Positions 38,091 through 49,263 of a stretch of 64,000 bases of DNA are shown in pieces. Positions within the stretch are counted from its first letter, which is position 1; each line of letters starts with the position of its first letter. The translations under genes were made by a program, and so were the position numbers. This DNA is from Camelus ferus (Eukaryota): NCBI RefSeq assembly GCF_009834535.1, contig NC_045697.1:77998001-78062000 (forward strand). The letters are read 5' to 3'. The notes under the pieces were generated by a model that saw only the letters and a list, made by a program, of their open reading frames with translations, did not search any database and was not told the DNA's origin.

Positions 38091-39839
38091 CAAAACTTAT
38101 TACCTGTCAGTTTATACACCTTAGCTTTCAAGCCTGATTTTCTTTCTTGTATCTTGACCTTAGTACTATCAGATCTGGCCCAGACATATTACAAAAGACA
38201 GTCAAAAGTGTACACACAGTTTGAAGACGTGTTCCAGGGCATGGGACTTGACAATGGGGAGTAGGGAAGAAGTGAAAAGGCAATGGGGGGCAGTTTTGAG
38301 TCCCTACTCTTTGACAGATGGAAGATCATTTTATATGTATCTTAGGCGGTGCTGTGATGGGATGTATGCTCAGTGAAGGTGGTGCGTGCAGAAGATGGGT
38401 GACACTGGGCAACGTGTAAGCGAAGAAGCATTGCTCTGAATATACATGGCTGTGTTGAATAGGAATACAGACATAACCAAAGCAGATAATGACCACATTT
38501 GTTGCCCCTCATCTTGTCAAATAGTTATTCAGGTTCTAGGGAAGTATATTAACTCTCAGGTTGTTAAAATACCCTATTGCACTTAATATTATAACGATAG
38601 TTTATAATTGTATTTAAATCTCTTTATAGCCACTAACCTGATAAATCTTCTCATTTGAGAAAGGTAGTTTCTTATATCTGTAGAGAAACAAATAAATATT
38701 TGAGATATAAGCTGCTGCCATTGTTTCAGAGTTGCGTTTTGCATTTTTTTCACTACAAAAATCTAGACTATTACCACACTGTACAGTGAACTGCTGATGG
38801 TGACATTTCCCCATGTCTTTCTATGCTATAGGCCTCTATTAGATATTCTATTCTCATTCAATAAAAGCTCTTCACTGAAGATAAATGTCATTATGTTGTA
38901 ATGAGTTTCAGTATCTGCTGACCTCACCTGGATTTTGGAGGGTGAGTTGGCTATGAAAGATTCAGTACCTCTTTATCCTTCTCCTGAGATACTAATTACT
39001 CATTAAATTTTCTTTTTATCCTTTTTGCTGTATTTAAAAGATTCCAAAGATGAAGATTTTTTGAAAAACGAGAAACTGGGGGAAATGCCTGAGAGTGTTT
39101 CTTTAAACTTCAAACTGCAGATAGCCAAATGTGGAAAGAGATACTGCGAACTTTTTTGTCTTTATTTCACCTGGCTATAAGTAGATCAGTTTGAAATTGG
39201 GTATTCCGAGTTTCATCCCGAAGCAAATTTCTATAGTTGCGTTATAAGCCCCTGAAAAACGAGGTTTATGATGAAAATGTTGAAAGACTCTCAACTTTAG
39301 GACAAGGCACAACTATAATTTTACAGGCATTAGGCACCTAAAATAACTTTGTATGAAGATTACTCTGGGATTTGTCCCCCATTTTGTAGAAAATGCTTAA
39401 TGTTGAACTATATTTTATGCACACAAAAAGACTTATTTCATAAGACAAGGAGCTCAAGGATTTTCATTCCAGTATTCAACAACACTATTACTAAAGAGGC
39501 CTCTTCTACTCTCATAATTGAGTGATCTTAAGTGATTTTTAAAAGAAAATATCATTCTGCTAAACTTATATGTAAAGACATAGGTGACAGAGTGATTTAA
39601 AATTTTCAAATAGAATGTATTCTGACCAGGTATTTGGTATGTCATGAAACTGAACTGACGGATCATAATAATGTCTTAATATTCTATTCTATAGCAGCAA
39701 AAGAAATGAGCTTTTATTTTTGTTTGTGTAGAGCAATAGCTGAAGTGCTCCTATTTGAGCATACAGTGTAATAATAAAAAAACTTTTTGTCTAATGGAAA
39801 ATCCCTGGTGCTGGACAATCCTTGCCTGTCTTCTTTGTT

Positions 39840-40735
39840 AATTCATTATCCTTCTCCTTAAGTGTAGATAAACCCAAGTCCTGGTCCCTATATTTTTCTC
39901 TTCTTTCTCTCCACTTTCTCCACTCACCTCCATGCAGATGACTCTGACATTTATATTTCTATGCCCATCTTCATCCCCAATTGTAGAACCTTTCTTCTCT
40001 CTCCAGTCTTTATTTGGATGGATGGGAATATTTTAAAATTCATCTTTGAAACCCAACTCATCATCTCGCCTTATCTCTTTCCACCAACTCTAAAACTTAA
40101 AAAAATATAATATATATATAACTTTTAAAAATAATTTTAATGGCACCACTATCCTCCAAGTCGCTCCAAATCAAAACCCCACCATATTTCTTGAGAATCT
40201 CCTCTATTCTCACCTGTGCCACAACCACCCAACTTTTGCCAATTAAATCAGCTTTAACATCTACATAGTCACACAAAAATGTCACTGATTTTTTTCTTTC
40301 ACTGCCAGCATCTTGGCTGAGAAGTTTATTGTTTCTTGCCTAGACTGTTATCATGGCCTCTTCAGCTCTAGTCTTCTCTCTTGCTTTGCTGGCAGGTGAA
40401 TCTCATAGTAGTACATATCTTGGGAATTGCCAGTTTCTTATTGAATTAGGTGTCAAACACTCAGCCTGATATCGCAAGTTAGGCCAAAAAGTCACCCCAA
40501 TTTACACTCTGGCTTTACCTTATATTTCCCCACTGAAGTGGGATACTTCTTATGACTGACTGACTGTCTTTCCTGCTCTCATTCTTTGGTTCATATTCTT
40601 TCCTCCGTGTGAAGCAACCTCCCTCTAATTTAGAAAAAAATCCACATCAGATGCTACTTCATGGAACCTTTTTCAACTTCTGACAGAATGGATGAAAACC
40701 AGCCTTTCTTAGAGCGCCCTATGGGCCTTGGAATC
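39840..40735 (+). mobile_element. L2 LINE remnant (RT region to 3' part)
   Basis: cacctccatgcagatgactctgacatttatatttct (decayed YADD region), then aatggcaccactatcctccaagtcgctc and tttcttgcctagactgtta. Confidence 0.7.
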
Positions 40736-41219
40736 TGCATGTCATATTTCATTTGGTCAAAGGCCATACTTCGTATGACTTCAATTCTTTTAAAGTTGAT
40801 ATTTGTTTCATGGCCCAGAGTACAATCTATTGTGGTTTAAAAATATGTATTGTACTGTCACTGGGTGGAGTTAGTTGATGGTTTTGTTCAAATTTTTTAT
40901 ATCCTTACTGACTTTTTGTCTAGTAATTCTATAACCTTACTGAGAGAGGATTTTTTTGAAATCTCTAACCACACTTGTGGATTTTTCTATTTTTTGTTTT
41001 AGTCCTGTTAGTTTTTGCCTGTGCATTTAAAGCTCTACAGTTAAGTGCCTACATAGTCAGTGTTGTTATTTCTTCTTGATACATTTTAATCTTTCATTAT
41101 TATTGACATGATTGAATATTATCTTGGTAATATTCCTTGTACCAAAATCTACTTTATTAGTATAACTTCTCCAGCATTCTTTTGATTAGTGTTTGCATAG
41201 CTCCTCTCATCATTCTACT

Positions 41220-41860
41220 TTTTTTTTTTTTTAATTGAAGTATAGTTGATTTGCAACATTCTGTTTGGTTCTGGTGTATAGGATAGTGATTCAGTTACAC
41301 ATATATATTCTTTTTCATTATAGGTTATTATAAGATATTGAATATAGTCCCCTGTGCTATACAGTAGGACCTTGTTGTTCACCTATTTTATATATAGTAG
41401 TTTGTATCTGCTAATCCAAAACTTCTAATTTAACCCTCCCCTACTTCCCTTTCTTACCTGGTAACCAGTAAGTTTGTTTTCTACATCAGTGAATCTGATT
41501 CTGTTTTGTAAATAAGTTCAATTGTATCAGCTTTTAGATTCCACGTATAAGTGGTATCATATATTTGTCTTTTCTCTGACTTACTTCACTTAGTATGATA
41601 ATCTCTAGGTCCAGCCATGTGGCTGCAAATGGCATTATTTCATTCCTTTTTATGGCTGAGTAGTATTCCATTGCATCTCTTTTTTTATCCAGGCATCTGT
41701 CACTGAATATTTAGGTTGCTTCCATGTCTTGGCTGCTGTAAATAGTACTGCTGTGAACATTGGCATGCATGTATCTTTTTCAATTAGAGTTTTCTCTGGA
41801 TGTATGCCCAGGAGTGGGATTGCTGGATCATATGGTAACTTTATTTTTAGTTTTTTTTAA
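41220..41860 (-). mobile_element. Intermediate-age L1 3' end (artiodactyl type), 5'-truncated
   Basis: Poly(T) then aattgaagtatagttgattt...ccctgtgctatacagtaggaccttgttg...aggagtgggattgctggatcatatggta. Degenerate TSD: catcattctact (41208-41219) / catccttttatt (41864-41875). Confidence 0.88.
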
Positions 41861-41980
41861 AACCATCCTTTTATTTTTAATAAGTGTTGTTCTTTTACTG
41901 CAAATTGTTTGGTTGCTTTTTAAAATCCGAATGTGAGAATCTCTGCCTTTTATTTGTAATATATAGACTATTTACATTTA

Positions 41981-43132
41981 TTTTTTAATTTTTAAAATTT
42001 TTACATTTTTTTATTGAGTTATAGTCATTTTACAATGTTGTGCCAATTTCCAGTGTAGAGCACAATTTTTCAGTTATACATGAACATACATATATTCATT
42101 GTCACTTTTTTTTTGCTGTGAGCTACCACAAGATCTTGTATATATTTCCCTGTGCTATACAGTATAATCTTGTTTACCTATTCTACATTTTGAAATCCCA
42201 GTCTGTTCCTTCCCACCCTCTGCCCCCTTGGCAACCACAAGTTTGTATTCTATGTCTATGAGTCTGTTTCTGTTTTGTATTTATGTTCTTTTCTTTTCTT
42301 TCTTTTCTTTTTTTTTTTTTTTAGATTCCACGTATGAGTGATCTCATACAGTATTTTTCTTTCTCTTTCTGGCTTACTTCACTTAGAATAACATTCTCCA
42401 GGAACATCCATGTTGCTGCAAATGGCATTATGTTGTCGGTTTTTTATGGCTGAATAGTATTCCATTGTATAAATATACCACCTCTTCTTTATCCAGTCAT
42501 CTGTCGATGGACATTTAGGCTGTTTCCATGTCTTGGCTACTGTAAATAGTGCTGCTATGAACATTGGGGTGCAGGTGTCTTTCTGAAGTAGGGTTCCTTC
42601 TGGATATATGTCCAGGAGCAGGATTCCTGGGTCATATGGTAAGTCTATTCCTACTCTTTTGAGGACTCTCCATACTGTTTTCCACAGGGGCTGCACCAAA
42701 CTGCATTCCCACCAGCAGTGTAGGAGGGTTCCCTTTTCTCCACAGCCTCTCCAGCATGTGTCATTTGTGGACTTTTGAATGATGGCCATTCTGACTGGTG
42801 AGAGGTGATATACCTCATTGTGATTTTGATTTGCAGTTCTCTGATAATTAGTGGTATTGAGCATTTTTTCATGTGCCTATTGATCATTTGTATTTCTTCC
42901 TTGGAGAATTGCTCATTTAGGTCTTCTGCCCATTTTTGGATTGGGTTGTTTGTTTTTTTCTTATTAAGTCGTATGAGCTGCTTATATATTCTGGAGATCA
43001 AGCCTTTGTCGGTTTCATCTTCTGCAAAAATTTTCTCCCATTCTGCAGGTTGTTGTTTGTTTTGCTTATGGTTTCCTTTGCTGTGCAGAAACTTGTAAGT
43101 TTAATTAGGTCCCATTTGTTTATTCTTGTTTT
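41981..43132 (-). mobile_element. Young L1, 5'-truncated (3' UTR plus ORF2 C-terminus)
   Basis: TSD tagactatttacattta (41964-41980) / tagactgtttaccttta (43133-43149), 15/17 identical. T-rich tail and ORF2 peptides are present. Confidence 0.95.
42379..43001 (-). pseudogene. L1 ORF2p C-terminal remnant, frameshifted
   Basis: ORF 42651..43001 (ISRIYKQL...[12 protein letters not shown]...HMKKCS) and ORF 42379..42864 ([11 protein letters not shown]...[18 protein letters not shown]...WKQPKCPS...TMEYYSAIK) are consecutive parts of L1 ORF2p in different frames. Confidence 0.95.
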
Positions 43133-44754
43133 TAGACTGTTTACCTTTAATGCAGTCATTAATAATCTTGAACTTAAATCTATTATCTTGCTCTTTGTAT
43201 TTTATTGTTCCTATCTGTTCTTTGTTTCTTTTCCCCTTTCCTTTTGCTTTGAATATTTTATGACTCTATTTTGACACAACTAATATCAGCTTATTACATA
43301 TACTTCTTTTTTTTGGTTGCCTTAGTGTTTACTACACATACCTCTTACTAATCAGAGTGTACCTTTACATAGTATTATGCTAATTCACATGTAGTGTAAG
43401 ACCCTTATCATGATATACTTTTATTTCTTCCCTTCTATACTGCTCTTGTCATAAATGTTATTTCTCCTCATGTTCTAAATTCAGAATGCATTGCTACTGC
43501 TTTTGCTTTAGTCAATTATCTTTTAAAATAATTGAAAATAAGAAAAATGTTTTTCATATTTATCCTAATTCTTCCTGTTTTAATTCTTTTCATTTCTTGA
43601 AGCTTCAAATTTCCATCTGGTATGAGCATTACCAACCTTTGCTGGGAGTGGAGATGTAGGTTTTTCTCTCCTCTCCCAACAGTAGATAGCTTTTGCTTCT
43701 GCCCTCCAGGAGAAGCAGTGGATATTTGTCTGGGAGGGTGGCGTTTCTGCTCCTCTCCCAGAGCCTTAGGCTTTTACTTCACACAGGAGAAGGATCCGAG
43801 ATGCAGGCAGGGCTTCATGCCCATGTTTTACTGAGGAGTGCTGTCTCAGCTCCTCTGTCATGCTCCAGTCTTTCTTGTGAGCAATCAGTGGAGGCTCATG
43901 GAAAAGAGCTGGAGAATGAATATGTGCTCCCCTTGGGTCTGGATCTCCCGAGCTGTCTAAATTGTCCTTTTAGCACACAGCTGACCTTTAAAAATGTGTA
44001 AAATTTAAGTTTTTTCTTATCCACTTTTACACTGGCAGTTGCCTTCTTCCTCCTGTACTCTGGCTGAGATGAAACAGTTCGTGTATCCCATTTCTCTTCA
44101 GACGGGCGTGTCATGCCTTCAAATTTAGTTCATCTGATTATCTTGTGCTCAGCTCTCTCCTGGGCTCAAGAAGGGTTATGATTTTGTGGGTTATCTGTTT
44201 TTTTTTTTCTCTTGTTTTTAGAAAAGGAGTAATCTCTTGTGACTTTTTCAATTCTAAGAGGAACAGAACTTTATGTCACATGAGTTTTAGTATTGGAGTG
44301 TGAACTAGGCATAAGTTTTCTGAGCAAACATGAAATACTAATATAAAAAACAGAGATTCCTAAAACTGGTCTTTTAATGTTAGTTTGTACTGAGAGGTTG
44401 GAATTGATACCCAATTCTATAATTAATATAAAGGATATCCTTGTAGTAATAAAATGATTCATTTCATTGTAATAATGTTTTTCTTTAAATTAAAAGACCA
44501 TATCTGAAATCTATAGTAACTTTTTTACAAGTCAGTGAGAAGTAAACCTATTAATGTCAGGGAGTGTTTGGTATGTTGTCATTTACCTTCACGTGACACT
44601 TCCAACTCATTTTGGGGGATAGGAAATACTTGATATTGGGAGCAGCATTTGCTGCTTAAGTGATATTTGGTGATGAACCGCAATGCTTATGTGAGAACAG
44701 GAATTTTTCCCAAGTACTTTAATTTGGTTTCCCTCTTCCCTCTATGGAAGACAA

Positions 44755-45222
44755 CGTTATGGTAAATTGAGAAAGGCCCCCCAAACGATATTCATGTCCT
44801 AATCCGTGGAACCTGTAAATGTTACCTTTTTGGAAAAATTGTTTTTGCAAATTTGATTAGTTAAGGGTCTTGAAATGAGAAGATTATCCTGGATTATGGG
44901 AGTGGGCCCTAAGTGCCATCACAAATGTCCTTATGAGAGAGGCAGAGGGAGAGTAGGCACACAGAGGAGAAGGTGAGAGGAAGACTGAGGTGGAGGGTGG
45001 AGGTGGAGCGATGTGCTGGCAACCACAGAAGCTGGAGAGGTGAGGAACAAATTCTCCCCTAGAGCTTCGAGGGGCAGTGTGGCCCTGCTGGCATCTTGAT
45101 CCCAGCCCAGTGAAACTGATTTTAGACTTCTGGCTTCCAAAACTGTAAGAGAAGAAATTTCTGCTGTCTTCAGCCACCAAATCTGTGGTGATTTCTTACA
45201 GTGACTGTCAGAAACTATTACA
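44755..45222 (+). mobile_element. MaLR solo LTR (MLT1C/D-like)
   Basis: gtcctaatccgtggaacctgtaaatgttacc...gattatcctggattat...cagcccagtgaaactgattttagacttctggcttccaaaactgtaaga; ends gaaactattaca. Confidence 0.92.
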
Positions 45223-45789
45223 TCATCTTAGTCTTATCTTAACAGAGGGAATTTTAACTTCTTCCCATCTTACTATTTGAAATGTCCTTTGATAAAAATC
45301 AGTTGTAGGGAGTATGTGTTTACTATGATCCACACTCAAAATTGCCACTGATGTTTAGCTTTAAGTTGGTTAAATTTTCTAGTAATAAAGCAAGAGGGTA
45401 ATTACACTCAGCCTGGGATGGCATCACACACCTTTATAGATTACTTGAGTGAGTGATTAGGTTAGGTTTTTGGATGCTTCTCCTCATCAATCCTGATTTG
45501 AATTCATACTAGCGGTGATATATTGGTATGTTTGAACCCCCAAACAAAAATGACTCAAAGAGAATCACCTATCTATTGTAGATTGTCAAACAATTTGATA
45601 CCCCTTATAGGGTACCCTGAGCTTCACCACAGGTGCACGGTTGGGCTTTGTTCACATTTTCAGGTGTCTTTCAGTCAGTTCACAAGTTCATTCATAAGGC
45701 AAAAAGTATTTGATTTTGCAAAGTGTCCAATGAAAATGAAAGAATAAATGGAAATCTCTGGAAATGTATTAATTGTTTGCTAAGAACAT

Positions 45790-46060
45790 GATGAATTTAC
45801 ATTTTTATATGTCCTCAGTGTGGTTTCTATCTTTCATCCACTTTATTTTTTTGGTAGTATAGTACTTATCATCTTCCACGCCACTGTATAACCACTTTAC
45901 TTGATATCTGTTGTTCATCTGTCTCCTCCAATTAGAACATAAGATCCAGGGGGGCAGATCTCTTTGTTGTTGTTGTTCGGTGCTGTATCCACGTGCCTAA
46001 AACAGCGTCTGGGACTTAGTAGGCCCTCAACAAATATTTGCATATCAAATGAAGCAATGA
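45790..46060 (+). mobile_element. L2 3' end
   Basis: tgtctcctccaattagaacataagatccagggggcag...gtgcctaaaacagcgtctgggacttagtaggccctcaacaaatatttg. Confidence 0.85.
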
Positions 46061-46239
46061 TTGGCTATACAGGCCTGAAGAGGTTCATCGTTTCATCCCA
46101 GGTAGGTGTTAGCTGTGACAAATGCTAACTAAGCCCTTTTAAGAATTTCAAAGAAAATAGAAAAGTACTTTCTTTAATTACCTATCATAGAGATTAAAAA
46201 AAAAATCCTCTTTGCTCTTATTTTTTCCTGATAAACTAA

Positions 46240-46995
46240 AACACTTACAAGGACTTCAGGTGCCCACGAGGTTTCCGGGACCACCTCTGCCTACCTGTGT
46301 GACGCCCCTCCTACCGCTCTTGACACGCTTCATGATGCTTCAGCCACCCTGGCTTTCTTTCCCATCTCTTTTCCCACATTAGCGTGTTTGCCTTTATTCG
46401 CCTCTTTGCTTGGATCCCAGATGCTGAGTCCCAGATCTTTCCTGGCTGTCTCTGTCATGTCATTTGGCCTCAGGTCAGATATCACCTTTTCAGAGAAGAT
46501 GTCTATGATCCCTTAAGCCTATGGTTCTTAACTGGCATGACTTTGTCCCCCAAGAGACATTGGGCAGTGTCTGGAGACAATTTTGTTTGCCATAACTTGG
46601 GAGGAGGAGGGGTTGTGCTACTGGCCTCTAAGGGGAAGAGGCTAGGATGCTGCTGAACACCCTGTAATGCACATGCCAGTCCTCTGCCCACCCCCAGCTC
46701 TCACAGCAGAGAATCATCTGGCCTGAGAGGTCAGCTGTGCCAAGGCCAGGCTAACGCATCTCCTTCTCTAACACAGGCACTTTCTTGCCACCAGTGTTGT
46801 GCTACCTCAAAGCACTTGCCGAGAGTCAAAATTACTTTATTAATTTGTTTACTTTCTTTTGACCATCTCTCTGGCCTACTAGAATGCAACTTCTAGGAAA
46901 GCAAGGTCCTTGTCTGTCTCATTCACATAATATTCCCAGTGCCTGGAATTGAAACCTAGTAGACATCCAATTACTCATTGTCTAGATGAATAAGT
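46240..46995 (+). mobile_element. L2 3' region interrupted by MER20
   Basis: cttcagccaccctggctttctt...cctcaggtcagatatcacc on the left; ctagaatgcaacttctagga...cccagtgcctgg...gatgaataa on the right. Confidence 0.8.
46519..46748. mobile_element. MER20 hAT-Charlie element
   Basis: gacattgggcagtgtctggagacaattttgtttgccataact...tgctactggcctcta...gaggctaggatgctgctgaacaccct. Confidence 0.9.
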
Positions 46996-47164
46996 AAGTA
47001 AACATAACTGACTATTCTCCCCCGTTCTCCACGTTATTGCAGTCACTCAGCCAGCATCTTTTGCTTTGGACTAAAATTTTTAGATTGTTTTGCTTTTCAG
47101 TATGGGCCCCTTTCCGCTATAATTGTAACTATTTTCATTAACATCTGTAGAAGTCCTATTGTCT

Positions 47165-47425
47165 ATAGTTAAAAATCACAGAATCTAAAATCAGAATACT
47201 TGGGTTCAACAGGCCTTTAGCAATTATCTGTTCTATGAGAACCTACTGGGAGAAGTTATTTTATTAGCTCTCGGAAAAGTTACTTTATCTTTGTGGTCTT
47301 TGGGTTTCCTTCAACAGAAGATAATACCAGTGTCTCCTCAAAGAGTTGCTTTGAAGATTAAGTGGATAATTCACAGGAAGCACTCGGCCCAGGAAACACA
47401 CATATATTTGCTGTTATTATGATTA
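47165..47425 (+). mobile_element. MIR SINE
   Basis: atagttaaaaatcacagaatctaaaatcagaatacttgggttcaa...gttgctttgaagattaagtg...gctgttattat. Confidence 0.7.
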
Positions 47426-47426
47426 T

Positions 47427-47500
47427 TATTTTATCATGGTCAAACACATAAAATTTACCATTCCAGCCATTTTTAAGTACAATCACCTTGTTGTACAACT
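47427..47500 (-). mobile_element. L1 3' tip (L1MA/MB-like)
   Basis: acataaaatttaccattccagccatttttaagtaca. Confidence 0.65.
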
Positions 47501-48749
47501 GTTATTATTCTATTTATCCTCTGAACCTGTATTTTATTTCTTCAGGCTTTTCTTTATGTGTGGCTCCTACTTTAGTCCCAGGATTCAAAGATGGATCCTA
47601 CTGGTACTGGGTTTAATCAGTTTGCCCATGACCCTTAGGGGGTCTGTATCACATGCTTTGTTGCTCGGCAAGCTTAATGGTGCCCGTTCGTCCATTGTAT
47701 TCACCAGGTTACCTGCCACGTGTTCGTCTCTGCATTAAGTGCTTTCCTAATAACATTACAGGCACCTCAGCGCACATTCTATTCTTGAGTGTATGCCCAA
47801 GAAGCGCATTCACTATAAGTATGTGCGAAATTCTTGCCACCTTCAAATTGATGGCAACAAGACACAGAAGATGAATATCTGGTTTTATAATCCTAAAATA
47901 GAGGCTTAATAGCAAGTCATGAAAGTAAAGATTTGATTATAGAGATTAGAAGAATAGAAATTGGGTTTTATAGCAATTGAGTAACTATTAAGAATACTTC
48001 AAACACCTTGAAAGAATCCTTAAAATACCAAGGTTTAAGACAAAATCTCAATATGGGCTGAGGATTTTTCCCAAGGAAAAAAAAATCCCACTCACTTAAT
48101 TAAGCAACTTTTAAAAATTGTCAGTACAACGATTTAAATATAGTCTCTCAGGGTTCTACAAGAACAAATTACATGGGGAAATTAGTGCTGAGGGCTAAGA
48201 AGAAATGAAGGCGTTTCTCCACGATCATGTTTGGATTATATTCAAAATGCAATTCTAATCACTCCACAATTTTTGAAAGGTTGGTGGTCGATTAGTGACC
48301 TTTCATGACAGCTTCTCAAGAGGTTAGATTTGTTGGGAAACGTTAAGTGAAATTTGCAATGTGAATTTTAAAGCTTTTATTCACAAAAACTTCTGAAGTA
48401 ATTGAAAGATTAGACATGGAGTCATCTGAACTAGAGTTTTAAAAATGAGTGTGTGCAGGCTGGTAAGACATTTTTACACACGCCGGTTTGTTACAACCTC
48501 AGAACATGAGTGTGGTACCTGAGGAAAAAAAAAAGCCTCATTAGGCTGGGAACGTGGAGCTTTCAACAGAGAAATGAGTCATGGTTTGGTGGGAGAGTAA
48601 GGAAATCCATCTGACGCTTCGCCCAAGGATTCACTGAGCACTAGTGGCCAATTGTGCCCAGAACCCAGGTCATCTGAGCCCAGACCAGTGACATTTCTTT
48701 TCCCCAGACCCTTCTCATCAATTACCAGGACCCTGGGAGCCCAGACTTC

Positions 48750-49263
48750 TTTTTTTAATTTAATTTGTTTATTGAGATAAAATTAACCTAAAACATTGTA
48801 TATGTTTAAGGTGTACAACATGCTGAGTTGACATATTTATATATTGCAATATGATTACCACTGCAGCATTAGCTAATCTCTCTATCACATCACACAATTA
48901 CCACTACTTTCTTGTGGTTAGAACATTTACAATCTAGTCTCTTAGTAACTTTGCAGTTTCTAATACAGTATCATTGACTATAATCTCTGTGCTGTGCATT
49001 AGATCCCAGGATTTATTCATCTTCCAGTTGCAAGTCTGTCCCTTTAACAACATCTCCCCATTTCTGCCACCTTCAGCCCCTGGTAACCACCCTCTACTCT
49101 CTGTTCCTATAGGTTTGGCTTTTTTAGATTCTATATATAAGGGGGATCATACAGTATTTGCCCTGCTCTGTCTGGCCTATTCCACTTAGCATAATGACCT
49201 CAAGCTCCATCCTGTAGCAGCAAATGGCAGGATTCCTTCCTTTACCGTGGCTGAATAATATTG
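48750..49263 (-). mobile_element. L1 3' end (L1MA9-like)
   Basis: attgtatatgtttaaggtgtacaacatg...gtgctgtgcattagatcccagg...cagcccctggtaaccac...aatggcaggattccttcc. Confidence 0.88.

Larger units (their letters stand above)
40740..44270 (-). mobile_element. Old L1M element (endonuclease region, inter-ORF and 5' end; internally deleted), host to two younger L1s
   Basis: Antisense L1M motifs tttgtttcatggcccagagtacaatctat, gaaatctctaacc and tttgattagtgtttgcat resume at 41861-41980 and at 43150-43620. The segment 43620-44270 resembles an L1MC/MD-type 5' end. Confidence 0.7.

Noticed and set aside
42379..43274. ORF cluster as a functional gene or active retroelement
   Set aside because: It is a 5'-truncated, frameshifted L1 ORF2 end plus its antisense shadow ORFs.
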